Source: an uncultured virus (IMG/VR IMGVR_UViG_3300042298_004026) | Taxonomy: Duplodnaviria > Heunggongvirae > Uroviricota > Caudoviricetes | Length of the DNA: 64,000 nucleotides | Virus record (IMG/VR): IMGVR_UViG_3300042298_004026 | Reading direction: 5' to 3' (one strand) | Shown here: in pieces, positions 6,674 to 15,884 of the stretch | Numbering within the stretch: the first letter of the stretch is position 1 | How the letters are laid out: each line of letters opens with the position of its first letter | Translations under genes and position numbers: made by a program | Notes under the pieces: generated by a model | Databases searched by the model: none | The model's input: the letters and a program-made list of their open reading frames with translations, nothing else | What the model was told of the DNA's origin: nothing

Positions 6674-9558
6674 GCACCAACTGCACCTATAAACTCAGCG
6701 CGCCCTTGCGGTCCATTAGAGGCTGCAAGGGCTTGCGTTGTATTATGTGCAACGATAATTGTTGGTGAAACTGTTGTTTTTTGTTTTGCAGCGTTAACAG
6801 CTGTCGATGCTTGTGCAAGCTGTGTTCCGGTTTCATTTTGTTGAGGTACGATTGTGTTCATGCTAATATCCGTACCTGATTTAATCATACTAACGATTTT
6901 TGGTGCACGTCTGCCGACTTGTTTGTACCAATCACTGTCTATCATTTCAACAGAAGCTGTATCGAAATCGCCAGCTTTCAAAGCTGCTGTCGCTTTTGGA
7001 AATTTAATATACCAGTTGTTTCCCATATTGAAAGCCAAGTCAATAAGAGCAGCACGGCCTGTTTGATTAGCTTTATCATATCCAGGTCCTCGCACTGCAC
7101 CTGCCTTATGCTTGAGGTAGTCTTTGGCAAATAGAGCCATAACCTCATCATCAGAAAATTGTCTGTTCCATTGGGGAGGAAGGCTTCTACCATCACCAAT
7201 AAGATGACCAACACCTATCGTCCATAGTCCTTGGCTGTCCTTATAGGGTGTATTCCTTACCCCTTCGTGATCCATAATCATTGCCATTATAGGTTTGTCG
7301 TCTGACGTTATTCCAGACAATGGAGCAAGATTGATCGGCGAAGGAGGATTGACGGGTGGTGTGTAATACTCGTCAGGTGGCTGAGTGTTAATTAATTGTT
7401 GTTGTTGCTGGCTTCTTCGCTGAGCTCTTCGCTCACGAGCTGTTGGCGCATTGACGTTAATGGAAGACTGCTTCAACCAGCTAGCAAATCCAATCTTTTT
7501 AATGAGTTCATAATCATTTTTCCATGATGAAAGGATTTCTTCTTTTGACTTATTCCACGAGTCCTTCATTTGTTGCTTCAACAATTCCCATTCTTCGTCA
7601 ACGATTTTGACCACCTCGAGCCATCGAGGGCCACTGATCATTCCGCCCGGGTTTTCTGGGTCAATGTTGGGATCTACGCCAAAATGTTCTTCATATGTTT
7701 CAAGTCGTATACGTGGAAGAAGTGTGACAGCTGTCACACCAAACAACGTTGGGTCGAACGTTTCTCCTATACTGATTGCGGCTTGTGTAATCTGTCCTCT
7801 CACCAATTCCCAAGCAGCAAAACCTAAACCTACGGCAAGACCAATGAACGGTAGTTTCTTAGCTACAGCTGCACCAGCCGCCCTGGCAAGTTTATTTCGA
7901 GCAATGATACTAATGGCCTTTTTCGCTTCATTACCAATTGGAGCTACTACTCTTGTTTGCTGTACTGGTGGCGCTGTAATACGTGTAGGTTCTGGTGTAG
8001 GAGCCGCAGGTGGTGGTGTAAGAGGTTTTGGAGGTTCAGGTGATGGTGATGGTGTAGGTGTAGGCGTAGGAGGTTTTGGAGCTTCAGGTGCTGGCGTTAT
8101 TCGTTTGCTTTCGGATTCTCTGACTGCTTGAGCTAAAGCAAGACGCCTAGCTTCACTTGCATACTCTGCGTTTACTCGTTTGTAGTCTGCGTCGTTTGCA
8201 ATCCTTGCTTTCTCAGCTTCAACCTTTGCTCGTTCCGCATTCACTCTCTCTGCTTCTGTTGCAGCAGCTTTAAGTCTTTCATCAGCGAGTTTTTCTTGAC
8301 GTCTTAATTCTGCAGATCTCTCTACATAGCTCTTATCAAAAGTATCTCTAAGTTTCCCAAATTCTTGTCTTTGTTTCTCGAGCGCATCAATCTCAATTTT
8401 TAGTTGAGCAGCGCGAGCTTCATTGGCCGTTGCAGCAGCTTTACTTACCTGCTCGGCTTTTGCCGTATCTGCGTTTAGACGAGCTCGTTGTGTTTCCACA
8501 TCGGCTTGGGCAGCTTGAACTCTTGCGCGTTCCGTTTCAATATTACGGCGGTCAGCATCGACAGCAGCTCTTTCTGTCTGTAACCTCTTTTGTTCTGCTT
8601 CAACTTTTTGTTGTTCTGTTTTTATTCTTTTTTGTTCTTCAGCCTGTTGAGCAGCAACTTTTTTTCGTTGTTCTTCAATTGCATTTGCACGTGCTTCTGC
8701 TTCAGCTTTAAGTTTTTTGTATCTTTCTTCAGCAGCTGCCTTCTCGGCGGATAGTTTTCTTTGCTCGGCTTGTAATTTTCTTTGCTCAGCATCTAAAGCC
8801 GCTTGCCTACGAGCAATTTCACGATTTATTGCAGCCTGTCTTGCTGCTTGTTGTGCGGAAGGACCCCTTCCAACCCCAGCTTTGCCGCGAGCTCTACTCT
8901 CTTGTAGAACTCTATTTGATATTCTCCGTGCTTCTTGAGGTGATGCACCGTTCCTTAGAGCTCTATTGTATGCACGTTGAGAGGCAGCTCGCGCACGTCT
9001 CTCTGTTTGAGCTGGGGTTGGACCACGACGTTGACCCGGTGGTTTGGGAACAGGTCTTCCACCAGGAGGTCTGCCAGGGGGTCTACGAGGAGGCCTACGT
9101 GGTGTTCTTTTTGGTGGACCTTTTGTTGGTTTTTTGCGACCAAGTAAGTTGAAAAAGTTATCGAAAAAGCCTCCAACATCGTCATTGTCTTCTTTTAATT
9201 GTTGATTAACTTTTTTAACCGACGATGGACTAATTTTTATTTTCTTCTTTTTCTTACGAAGATCATCTATTTCTTTCAGAACCTTATCTGTCTCTTCTTG
9301 TAGTGTAACCTGTGCACCCATTGCCTGAGCAAGGATCTGTACATTTTTTGATATGAGGATGAAGTGTTTTTCTATGCTTGATAAAGATGCACGAGTTGTA
9401 CGAAGTTGAGTTGTTACTTCCTCGATATACTCAACGCGTTTCTTTGTTCTTTCTGCGCGCTCTTTTTTTAAACGCGCTTCACGTAGCACGTCACCAAATG
9501 AACCAAGACTTTGTTCAAATTTTTCGCGGAGAGCCTCTTTCAATACGCTAGTTGCCAT
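6670..9558 (-). CDS. Tape-measure/baseplate-hub-like protein with C-terminal T4-lysozyme (GH24) domain
   Basis: Long Ala/Glu/Lys/Arg coiled coil, Pro-rich linker, hydrophobic LPFIGLAVGLGFAAWEL, then HEGVRNTPYKDSQGLWTIGVGHL (E-x8-D-x5-T triad)...AFNMG...SDWYKQVGRRA. Confidence 0.75.
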   Translation of the reverse strand: MATSVLKEALREKFEQSLGSFGDVLREARLKKERAERTKKRVEYIEEVTTQLRTTRASLSSIEKHFILISKNVQILAQAMGAQVTLQEETDKVLKEIDDLRKKKKKIKISPSSVKKVNQQLKEDNDDVGGFFDNFFNLLGRKKPTKGPPKRTPRRPPRRPPGRPPGGRPVPKPPGQRRGPTPAQTERRARAASQRAYNRALRNGASPQEARRISNRVLQESRARGKAGVGRGPSAQQAARQAAINREIARRQAALDAEQRKLQAEQRKLSAEKAAAEERYKKLKAEAEARANAIEEQRKKVAAQQAEEQKRIKTEQQKVEAEQKRLQTERAAVDADRRNIETERARVQAAQADVETQRARLNADTAKAEQVSKAAATANEARAAQLKIEIDALEKQRQEFGKLRDTFDKSYVERSAELRRQEKLADERLKAAATEAERVNAERAKVEAEKARIANDADYKRVNAEYASEARRLALAQAVRESESKRITPAPEAPKPPTPTPTPSPSPEPPKPLTPPPAAPTPEPTRITAPPVQQTRVVAPIGNEAKKAISIIARNKLARAAGAAVAKKLPFIGLAVGLGFAAWELVRGQITQAAISIGETFDPTLFGVTAVTLLPRIRLETYEEHFGVDPNIDPENPGGMISGPRWLEVVKIVDEEWELLKQQMKDSWNKSKEEILSSWKNDYELIKKIGFASWLKQSSINVNAPTARERRAQRRSQQQQQLINTQPPDEYYTPPVNPPSPINLAPLSGITSDDKPIMAMIMDHEGVRNTPYKDSQGLWTIGVGHLIGDGRSLPPQWNRQFSDDEVMALFAKDYLKHKAGAVRGPGYDKANQTGRAALIDLAFNMGNNWYIKFPKATAALKAGDFDTASVEMIDSDWYKQVGRRAPKIVSMIKSGTDISMNTIVPQQNETGTQLAQASTAVNAAKQKTTVSPTIIVAHNTTQALAASNGPQGRAEFIGAVGA

Positions 9559-9560
9559 TA

Positions 9561-11171
9561 TTAGCTCACCATCATACTGCTCGGAGCAGAATCAAAAGTT
9601 GTTCCTTCATCGAGTGACCCTCTATCGGCTATTGGGGAAGGAATAGGTGCTGGATCACGTTGTTCGTTTAATACTGATGCATCGGAAGACTGAATAACTT
9701 GTGGTGTTGGTACATCAGTACGTACCGCATTCACAAGATTATTTAACATCATTGTCATATTGGAGATAGTCGAACCCGTGTCAATGTTTTGAGGCTGTAT
9801 TTGATTTACAGCTTGGTTAAACATATTCTGAAAGGTAGGAGGTGCTTCTAATGGAGCACTTACGGGTTGTCCCGAACCAAACAAACCAGACAAATTAGGT
9901 GGTAATGGTGATGTGTTTTCTTTAAAATCACCTCGATCCGATGATGTCGTCGATTGATTCATTAAATCATTAAATGAACTCGAGGTAGAGCTAGACAACA
10001 TCGGTTGTCGTTCTGGTCTTACTTCCGATGATTGTTGAGTGGTATACCTTTCCTCTTGCTGTGGCCGTACCTGCTCTGGTGTAACAGGTGCAGCACCGCC
10101 GATATCATTCATCGGACTAGGCTGAGCCTGTATTGTATCGGATGTGTCCTCAAATGCTCTAACACCGAGTGTGTTATTTCTTATTGGTTGAGGTATGTCG
10201 ATAGGTTGTGGTGATGGAGGTGTATATGGCTCACCATAAGTGGAAGGAGTGGCTGTTACAGCAACAGGAGGAGGTGTCGAAACAAGTGTTGGAGCAGGCG
10301 GTGGAGCTGATGGTATTTCTACAGGCTGCGGTCCAGGAGCTGTGCCCTGCATGTCTGTCGCGGCTTGACCTAGATCAACAGCGCCTTCTTGAGGTTCTAA
10401 AGTTGGTGGAGGGGGTGGCTCGTTTACTGGTGGAGATGGTGGGGTACCCATCATACTCGTTGCAGCATCACCGTAATCTAACGAAATATCTTCCCCTTCT
10501 TCATCCCCACTGTATGTACTTACTAATCCTTGTTCGGTATTATATGATACGGATTCTGGCGCACCCTGCTCGTTGGCTGTTAACATAGCAGGTGTCAGAG
10601 CAGCTGTTGTTACTGCTACAGCACCTGTCGAGAGAGCAGCACTTGCTGCGCTGGCAAGTAAAAACTTACCAATATTCGCTAAACCACTTTTTATTATTGA
10701 ACGTGTTTTGTTTGTGCCTCTTAGCAATGAGCCGAGAATGCCACCCTTCGTATCATCGGTACCTGTATCGGTGCCTCCAGCAGACGCCTTTTTTACTACT
10801 TCAGCTTCAACGGCTCTTTCTTCATTATCTTCTTCTTCAACAGCTGCCTTTTCCTTGGAAAGTCTTTCTTTTTGAAACTTGAGTGCGTCTTCCATGCGTG
10901 CTACGTGCTTTGACCACACAGCAGCTATGTTGAAAATATTATCGGAAATGTTAACAACAATTGGCTCTATTCTAACAATTGTTGTGTTTATATTGGTTTG
11001 AACGTTTTGTTGCTCGGCTAAAGCGGAAGAAACAGGATCGTCTTCTTCTTTTTTAAGAACCCGCTTTGATATAGCTTGACCTATAGTACCTGAACCAAAA
11101 AATCCTGTTATGATTTTTTGCTTAGCGACTTTCTTTAGTTCAGCAGATATTTCTGACGCATACGAAGCCAT
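9561..11171 (-). CDS. Tape-measure-associated Pro/acidic-rich protein
   Basis: Helical N-terminus, hydrophobic Ala-rich stretch and long Pro-rich disordered tail. Lies between gp51 and the lysozyme-bearing gene. Confidence 0.45.
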   Translation of the reverse strand: MASYASEISAELKKVAKQKIITGFFGSGTIGQAISKRVLKKEEDDPVSSALAEQQNVQTNINTTIVRIEPIVVNISDNIFNIAAVWSKHVARMEDALKFQKERLSKEKAAVEEEDNEERAVEAEVVKKASAGGTDTGTDDTKGGILGSLLRGTNKTRSIIKSGLANIGKFLLASAASAALSTGAVAVTTAALTPAMLTANEQGAPESVSYNTEQGLVSTYSGDEEGEDISLDYGDAATSMMGTPPSPPVNEPPPPPTLEPQEGAVDLGQAATDMQGTAPGPQPVEIPSAPPPAPTLVSTPPPVAVTATPSTYGEPYTPPSPQPIDIPQPIRNNTLGVRAFEDTSDTIQAQPSPMNDIGGAAPVTPEQVRPQQEERYTTQQSSEVRPERQPMLSSSTSSSFNDLMNQSTTSSDRGDFKENTSPLPPNLSGLFGSGQPVSAPLEAPPTFQNMFNQAVNQIQPQNIDTGSTISNMTMMLNNLVNAVRTDVPTPQVIQSSDASVLNEQRDPAPIPSPIADRGSLDEGTTFDSAPSSMMVS

Positions 11172-11305
11172 TATTGTTGCTGGAGCCTTTGTTGTTCATT
11201 TTTCAGATGTTCTTTGAGCATATCACCATAAAGATCACGTTCAAATGGATAAAGGTTTTCAAGCTCGAGTATCGAATATTTATGATGCTGAACCATCGCG
11301 AACAT
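11171..11305 (-). CDS. gp51: Baseplate hub assembly protein (gp51-like, short form); probably also expressed as a gp26-gp51 frameshift fusion
   Basis: Not in the ORF track. Translates (LSHNSIANYYQF)MFAMVQHHKYSILELENLYPFERDLYGDMLKEHLKNEQQRLQQQ. TAATG overlap with the downstream gene. Confidence 0.8.
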   Translation of the reverse strand: MFAMVQHHKYSILELENLYPFERDLYGDMLKEHLKNEQQRLQQQ

Positions 11306-11337
11306 AAACTGGTAGTAGTTCGCTATACTGTTGTGGC

Positions 11338-12048
11338 TCAGCCCAATGTGAAAAAATCAGTTAGTGTCCTAAGTACAATCTTAACAACCCGGCCCTTAGA
11401 GTTTGTGTACTGAATTTCATGTTGTATACGTGGCATTGCATCAATAAATTCTTGTATCTGCTGGTATGCATTGACGGGTAATGATTCAACAAACTCAAAT
11501 AACTCTTCTTTCGAATACGTACGAGGATCGTGTTCAACACCCTCAGCACAGATCTTATCAATACATGATTGGATAATGAAGAAATTGAAATCAACACCCT
11601 CGCTGATACTTTCCGCATCGTTAATCAGGTTCACCCTTGGATGACGAATTTTCAAAGACACCTGATCGCTGATACTAATCTCGTTACTAACTTCTTTTGG
11701 GTATGTGACTTCTACGCTTTCAAGATCAACCTCAACATCATAAAGCTGCTCATCTTCATTGTCACGGTACGTTAATTTTATAACGTTCTGAACTGATTTT
11801 GATCTTAGTTTGATAAAAAAGTATTCAAGATCGTACGTGGTGAAATCATCAATATTGATACCCAAACTCAATATGCAATTGGCAACCACCTGCTTCACTG
11901 CACGAAGAATATCGGTTTGTTCGCCACTTGCTTGGGCAATCAGAAGGATCTTTTCTTCTTTAACCAAAAAAGGTCTGTATTGTACAATCTGCTTTGTCGA
12001 AGGCAAAGTCAGCGTAAACGTTGGGTGCTGTATCACCGGTAAGCCCAT
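11338..12048 (-). CDS. gp26: Baseplate hub assembly chaperone (T4 gp26-like)
   Basis: LPVIQHPTFTLTLPS...YRPFLVKEEKILLIA...DLEYFFIKLRSKSV...TDFF. AGGAG ribosome-binding site before ATG 12048. Confidence 0.9.
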   Translation of the reverse strand: MGLPVIQHPTFTLTLPSTKQIVQYRPFLVKEEKILLIAQASGEQTDILRAVKQVVANCILSLGINIDDFTTYDLEYFFIKLRSKSVQNVIKLTYRDNEDEQLYDVEVDLESVEVTYPKEVSNEISISDQVSLKIRHPRVNLINDAESISEGVDFNFFIIQSCIDKICAEGVEHDPRTYSKEELFEFVESLPVNAYQQIQEFIDAMPRIQHEIQYTNSKGRVVKIVLRTLTDFFTLG

Positions 12049-12064
12049 AATCAACTCCTATTAT

Positions 12065-12913
12065 TTAACGAAATATACCAGATGCATTACTCAGCGTAGT
12101 TGAAGAAGCAAGAGCATCCTGAATACTGCGTGGCTTGCGAATTGTTCTAAGCGCTTGCACAGCTGTTGTAAGTTTAACCAGCTTTTGCAGTGTGCTGAGT
12201 TTGCCGATGTTTGTATTGCTACTACCTTGAAATGGCTGTTTAACGTTGAGTAGCTCGGCATGCATAAAACAGAATGTGATCCCGAATTGCATGTAACCGT
12301 CGGTATCTTTCCATGAAAGTGACACGTCAGGAACAATTTTAGGAAATGCATTGTAAAGTCTATACTCTAAAATCTTATCGTTTTGCTCGTTGTATGTTGT
12401 TATATCGATATCAGCTTTGTAATTTTCCTTAAACTCAACTTCATATGGTGCAAGACCAGTTGCACTAGATTGACGTGATGAATTTATTTGACCATCGCCG
12501 TTAACAATCCCGTGCATCCATCCATAGAAAAACTTGTAAATTTCACCAGCACCATCACCAATGAAATTAAGAGTAATGTCATTGAACTGCATTGAATATG
12601 GGACGTTTTCGGTCGGTCCAATACCAAATCTCTTTATACTGTCGTCTGTTTGGATGCTGATTGCTGGTAGCTGAGCACCTTCTGCAAATAGAGAAATCTT
12701 TTGAACAGTGGCCGTTGACTTTTCATCCCCTTGCATTATTTTTGGAAAGGGGATCATTACATCAAAAAGATTTGTCCGACTGACGGACGAATTACGAATC
12801 TCTGTAAGGAAGCTGTTATATCGCCCCGTAGGCCCAGATTGCTTTTTTCCAAAAAGCGATTTGAGTGTTGCTAATGTACCAAGCGCGTTTAATCCCGTGT
12901 TCAGTAGACTCAT
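12065..12913 (-). CDS. Baseplate tail-tube initiator / tube-like monomer (gp54/gp19-like)
   Basis: SRTNLFDV...AQLPA...PY...DITLNF...LYNAFPK...LSW...ITF (tube fold). Position next to gp2. Confidence 0.75.
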   Translation of the reverse strand: MSLLNTGLNALGTLATLKSLFGKKQSGPTGRYNSFLTEIRNSSVSRTNLFDVMIPFPKIMQGDEKSTATVQKISLFAEGAQLPAISIQTDDSIKRFGIGPTENVPYSMQFNDITLNFIGDGAGEIYKFFYGWMHGIVNGDGQINSSRQSSATGLAPYEVEFKENYKADIDITTYNEQNDKILEYRLYNAFPKIVPDVSLSWKDTDGYMQFGITFCFMHAELLNVKQPFQGSSNTNIGKLSTLQKLVKLTTAVQALRTIRKPRSIQDALASSTTLSNASGIFR

Positions 12914-13488
12914 TATTTTACCATATCCCTTGAATTACGCCAGACAGTCTCTTTTCTACGTTTTTGGAATCTTTCAAGTGGTAGAAACAGAGCGGTGTTC
13001 CATTGTTCAGCAGGAATCCACAGGAATCTGCTTCTTACATGACTATTTAGATAGTGCTTGACGCATGGTTCAAAGTATTTGAACTTCGAAGACGAGCTTA
13101 GTATTTGATATGATATTTTTAGTTTGGTAGTATCGTCGTAGACCTTATTGTTTGCAAGATCGAGAAGGCTATCCATTAAACGAGCTCTTAGAATATGTGG
13201 TAGGTAATGTAAGTTGAGTCCATAAAAACCACCATCTACTCGTTGGAACGGAAAAATTAGAGGGAACTTGTCATAATATGGTAGTTGATCCTTTGTTTTT
13301 GGATCATAATAAAACAAGTACATTCTACCTATTGCTATTCTTGAAACAAGGCGTGTATTACCATCAATCAGTTGTCTGGGATTACGAACGTTGGCAGCCT
13401 GTTCCTGCAACCAGTTCTGTGCATTTTGTTGCGTCTGCGCCGCGTTGGTGTTTCCTTGGAGAACACCATAAAATGTATTGGTTGCCAT
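12913..13488 (-). CDS. gp2: DNA end protector protein (T4 gp2-like)
   Basis: GRMYLFYYDPKTKDQLPYYDKFPLI...GLNLHYLP...KHYL...FLPLERF. Confidence 0.93.
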   Translation of the reverse strand: MATNTFYGVLQGNTNAAQTQQNAQNWLQEQAANVRNPRQLIDGNTRLVSRIAIGRMYLFYYDPKTKDQLPYYDKFPLIFPFQRVDGGFYGLNLHYLPHILRARLMDSLLDLANNKVYDDTTKLKISYQILSSSSKFKYFEPCVKHYLNSHVRSRFLWIPAEQWNTALFLPLERFQKRRKETVWRNSRDMVK

Positions 13489-13931
13489 TATATCTGCTTA
13501 ATTCCTAATTCGTGTTCCGTTAAGATCATAAACTTCCATTTTCTGTCTTCGCAATATGCTGTAGCAGCTTGCCATTTAGCACTGTTCACACCCCACGTAT
13601 ACACTTCTCTTAAGTATTGTTTGGTCTTTTTTTGTTGTGGAATAGGAGGCTTCACCTCCTTTGCAGGCTTTATTTCAACAACGATAGTTTCTTGATGGCC
13701 GTCTTTGTTTTTCTTTTTTATCTTAAAGTCAGGAAAGTATCTATGAATTTTATTATCGAGAGGAGAGCGGTAAGGTATTATTAACTCCTCACTGGACCAT
13801 TCAATTATGTCCTTGTGAGCGTCTAAATACCTCATAAACTTTAACTCCCAACTACTTCGATAGACGATGTTAGAGGGATCGCCCCTGTATTTCGTGGGGT
13901 TAGTTGGTTTGAAAAGACCTTTATAGCTCAT
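13488..13931 (-). CDS. gp4: Head completion nuclease (T4 gp4-like)
   Basis: YKGLFKPTNPTKYRGDP..IVYRSSWE...WSSEE..IPY...HRYFPDF...EIKP...N.AKW. Confidence 0.95.
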   Translation of the reverse strand: MSYKGLFKPTNPTKYRGDPSNIVYRSSWELKFMRYLDAHKDIIEWSSEELIIPYRSPLDNKIHRYFPDFKIKKKNKDGHQETIVVEIKPAKEVKPPIPQQKKTKQYLREVYTWGVNSAKWQAATAYCEDRKWKFMILTEHELGIKQI

Positions 13932-13936
13932 AGGAC

Positions 13937-13944
13937 TATTTATA
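13937..13944 (-). promoter_or_regulatory. T4-type late promoter TATAAATA for the gp4-gp2-gp54 block
   Basis: TATTTATA on the + strand at 13937-13944, 5 nt upstream of the gp4 ATG. Confidence 0.7.
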
Positions 13945-15026
13945 TGTTAGATTCAATATCCAGCGGGTTAAGCAGTGCCGGCTCGGCTTTGCAAGGAGGC
14001 GTTCAATCAGCTTTTAGCTCCGCATCGTCGCTAGCAGAAAAAGTTGGCGTGCAGGACATTGCAGGTGGTATCAAAGATGGCTTTGGGAAAGCCTCTGATG
14101 CAATAGGTGGGATATTTAAAAAAGCGCCATCTGTAAAAGCAGATACATCATTCCCATCGTCCACGTTGCCTCGTGCTGCAACACGTAGAGAAGAAACACC
14201 ACAGTTTGTAGCGCCTGTTCCAGGTACACCGCTTATCTACCCAGTGGATATGAAGTATTATACAAAGTTTACGTTTTATCAGTATAAACGTATCATTGCT
14301 ACTGAGGCACCAAAACAATTGCCCACATCCACAATTGTTTTACCAATGCCATCAAATTTAAGTGAGTCGTTCAATGTTACTTATGATACACCTGAACTTG
14401 GAGCTATAGGTGGTGCAGCAACAGAAGCAGCTATAAGAGCAGCACAAACAATTCAAAATGAATCCGGTTTTATAAACAAGATCGTTCAAGGTGCTGCCAG
14501 TGCTGCTGGTACAGCAACTGCAGCTGGTATTGGTAGTGCTGTTGGTTTAACAGCATCGTTGAATATTTTGAAGAATGCAAAGATCCAAACCGGTGGTGAT
14601 ATTGTTAAAAAAGTAACAGGTCTTACCCCAAACCCTTTTATTGCTACGATTTTTAAAAATGTGCAAATGCGTTCACATCAATTTAGTTATCGTTTTGCAC
14701 CTAATAATTTGAAAGAGTTGCAAACAGTAAAAGCTATAATAAAGCAATTAAAGCTAAGAATGCTACCGGATTTTTTGGAAGGTAGCTTAGATATGGCTTT
14801 CACCTTCCCTGACACGTGTGAAATAGCTTTTGGTCCGGCTAGCAATCCACCATATAAGATAAAAAGAAGCGTGCTCAAGGATATGAGTGTAAATTACTCA
14901 CCAAACGGGCCAGCTTTTTTTAAGACCGGTGATCCTGTAATTGTTGAAATTACTCTCTCTTTTATTGAAGTCGAACCCTACACGAGAAGAGACGAAGCCG
15001 ATCCAAAATCAACAAGTCCGATTTGA
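13944..15026 (+). CDS. gp48: Baseplate tail-tube cap (T4 gp48-like)
   Basis: LIYP.D...IVLPMP...NPF...FKNVQMRSHQFSYRFAP...VLKDMSVNYSP...ITLSFIE. Confidence 0.88.
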   Translation: MLDSISSGLSSAGSALQGGVQSAFSSASSLAEKVGVQDIAGGIKDGFGKASDAIGGIFKKAPSVKADTSFPSSTLPRAATRREETPQFVAPVPGTPLIYPVDMKYYTKFTFYQYKRIIATEAPKQLPTSTIVLPMPSNLSESFNVTYDTPELGAIGGAATEAAIRAAQTIQNESGFINKIVQGAASAAGTATAAGIGSAVGLTASLNILKNAKIQTGGDIVKKVTGLTPNPFIATIFKNVQMRSHQFSYRFAPNNLKELQTVKAIIKQLKLRMLPDFLEGSLDMAFTFPDTCEIAFGPASNPPYKIKRSVLKDMSVNYSPNGPAFFKTGDPVIVEITLSFIEVEPYTRRDEADPKSTSPI

Positions 15027-15038
15027 ACAGGTAATACA

Positions 15039-15884
15039 ATGGCATCATATTTTAAATATTTTCCCAGTTTATTACATAGCAACACAGTTGCTACAAATAT
15101 CATAACACGTATCCGGTTCGAAGAAAGTGTTAGAAAGAACGTTGTCGCTTTTTTCCCACATGTCGTTGAAGAAGGCCAACGCCCAGATCAGATAGCTGAA
15201 GGCTATTACGGGGATCCTTCTTATGACTGGGTTGTGTACCTCACAAATAATATTATTGATCCATTCCACCAATGGCCAAAAACGCAGCAAATCTTTGATG
15301 ACTTCATTGTGTCGAAGTATGGATCGAGCGAAATCGCTCAGCAGCAAACAGCCTTTTACAGAGTAAATTATGATAATGATGATAGAGTGCTTTCAACGTC
15401 TGCATATGCGGCTTTGAGCTCGATTCAAAAGCAGTATTGGACGCCAATATTGAATCAGAATAACATTATCATTAACTATCAGAGAAAAGAGATAGAAGAT
15501 GCTATTGAGACAAACAAGGTAGTGTCTCTTGTTGGTGCCTTTGGTAGCGTTAGTGAAGGTACCATAATAAAACAATCATCAACTGTCAAGGGCACTGTGA
15601 GTTTTGCGAACAGCACTAATATAGTAATTAAGCACGTATCGGGTACATGGGCTGCTAACACTCCTATTACGACTGTTTTAACTAATACGTCGGTGACCGC
15701 AAATATCACTTCTGTCTCTACTATTGCATCCAGTCTAGATGCGGACGAAGTCAGTTATTGGTCGCCTGTAAGTATGTTTGATGTAGAGTTTGAGACGAAT
15801 GAGTCTCTACGTCATATTGAGCTAGTTATACCCTCGTACATTGATGTAATCGAAAAGGATATGAGAGGACTGCTCAAGGTATGA
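15039..15884 (+). CDS. gp53: Baseplate wedge subunit (T4 gp53-like)
   Basis: YFKYFP...EGQRPDQIAEGYYGDPSYDWVVYLTNNIIDP...WP...E...NE..R.I. Confidence 0.9.
   Translation: MASYFKYFPSLLHSNTVATNIITRIRFEESVRKNVVAFFPHVVEEGQRPDQIAEGYYGDPSYDWVVYLTNNIIDPFHQWPKTQQIFDDFIVSKYGSSEIAQQQTAFYRVNYDNDDRVLSTSAYAALSSIQKQYWTPILNQNNIIINYQRKEIEDAIETNKVVSLVGAFGSVSEGTIIKQSSTVKGTVSFANSTNIVIKHVSGTWAANTPITTVLTNTSVTANITSVSTIASSLDADEVSYWSPVSMFDVEFETNESLRHIELVIPSYIDVIEKDMRGLLKV

Noticed and set aside
7570..11413. Plus-strand ORFs opposite the tape-measure-like genes
   Set aside because: They are shadow ORFs of low-complexity minus-strand genes with no recognisable motifs.
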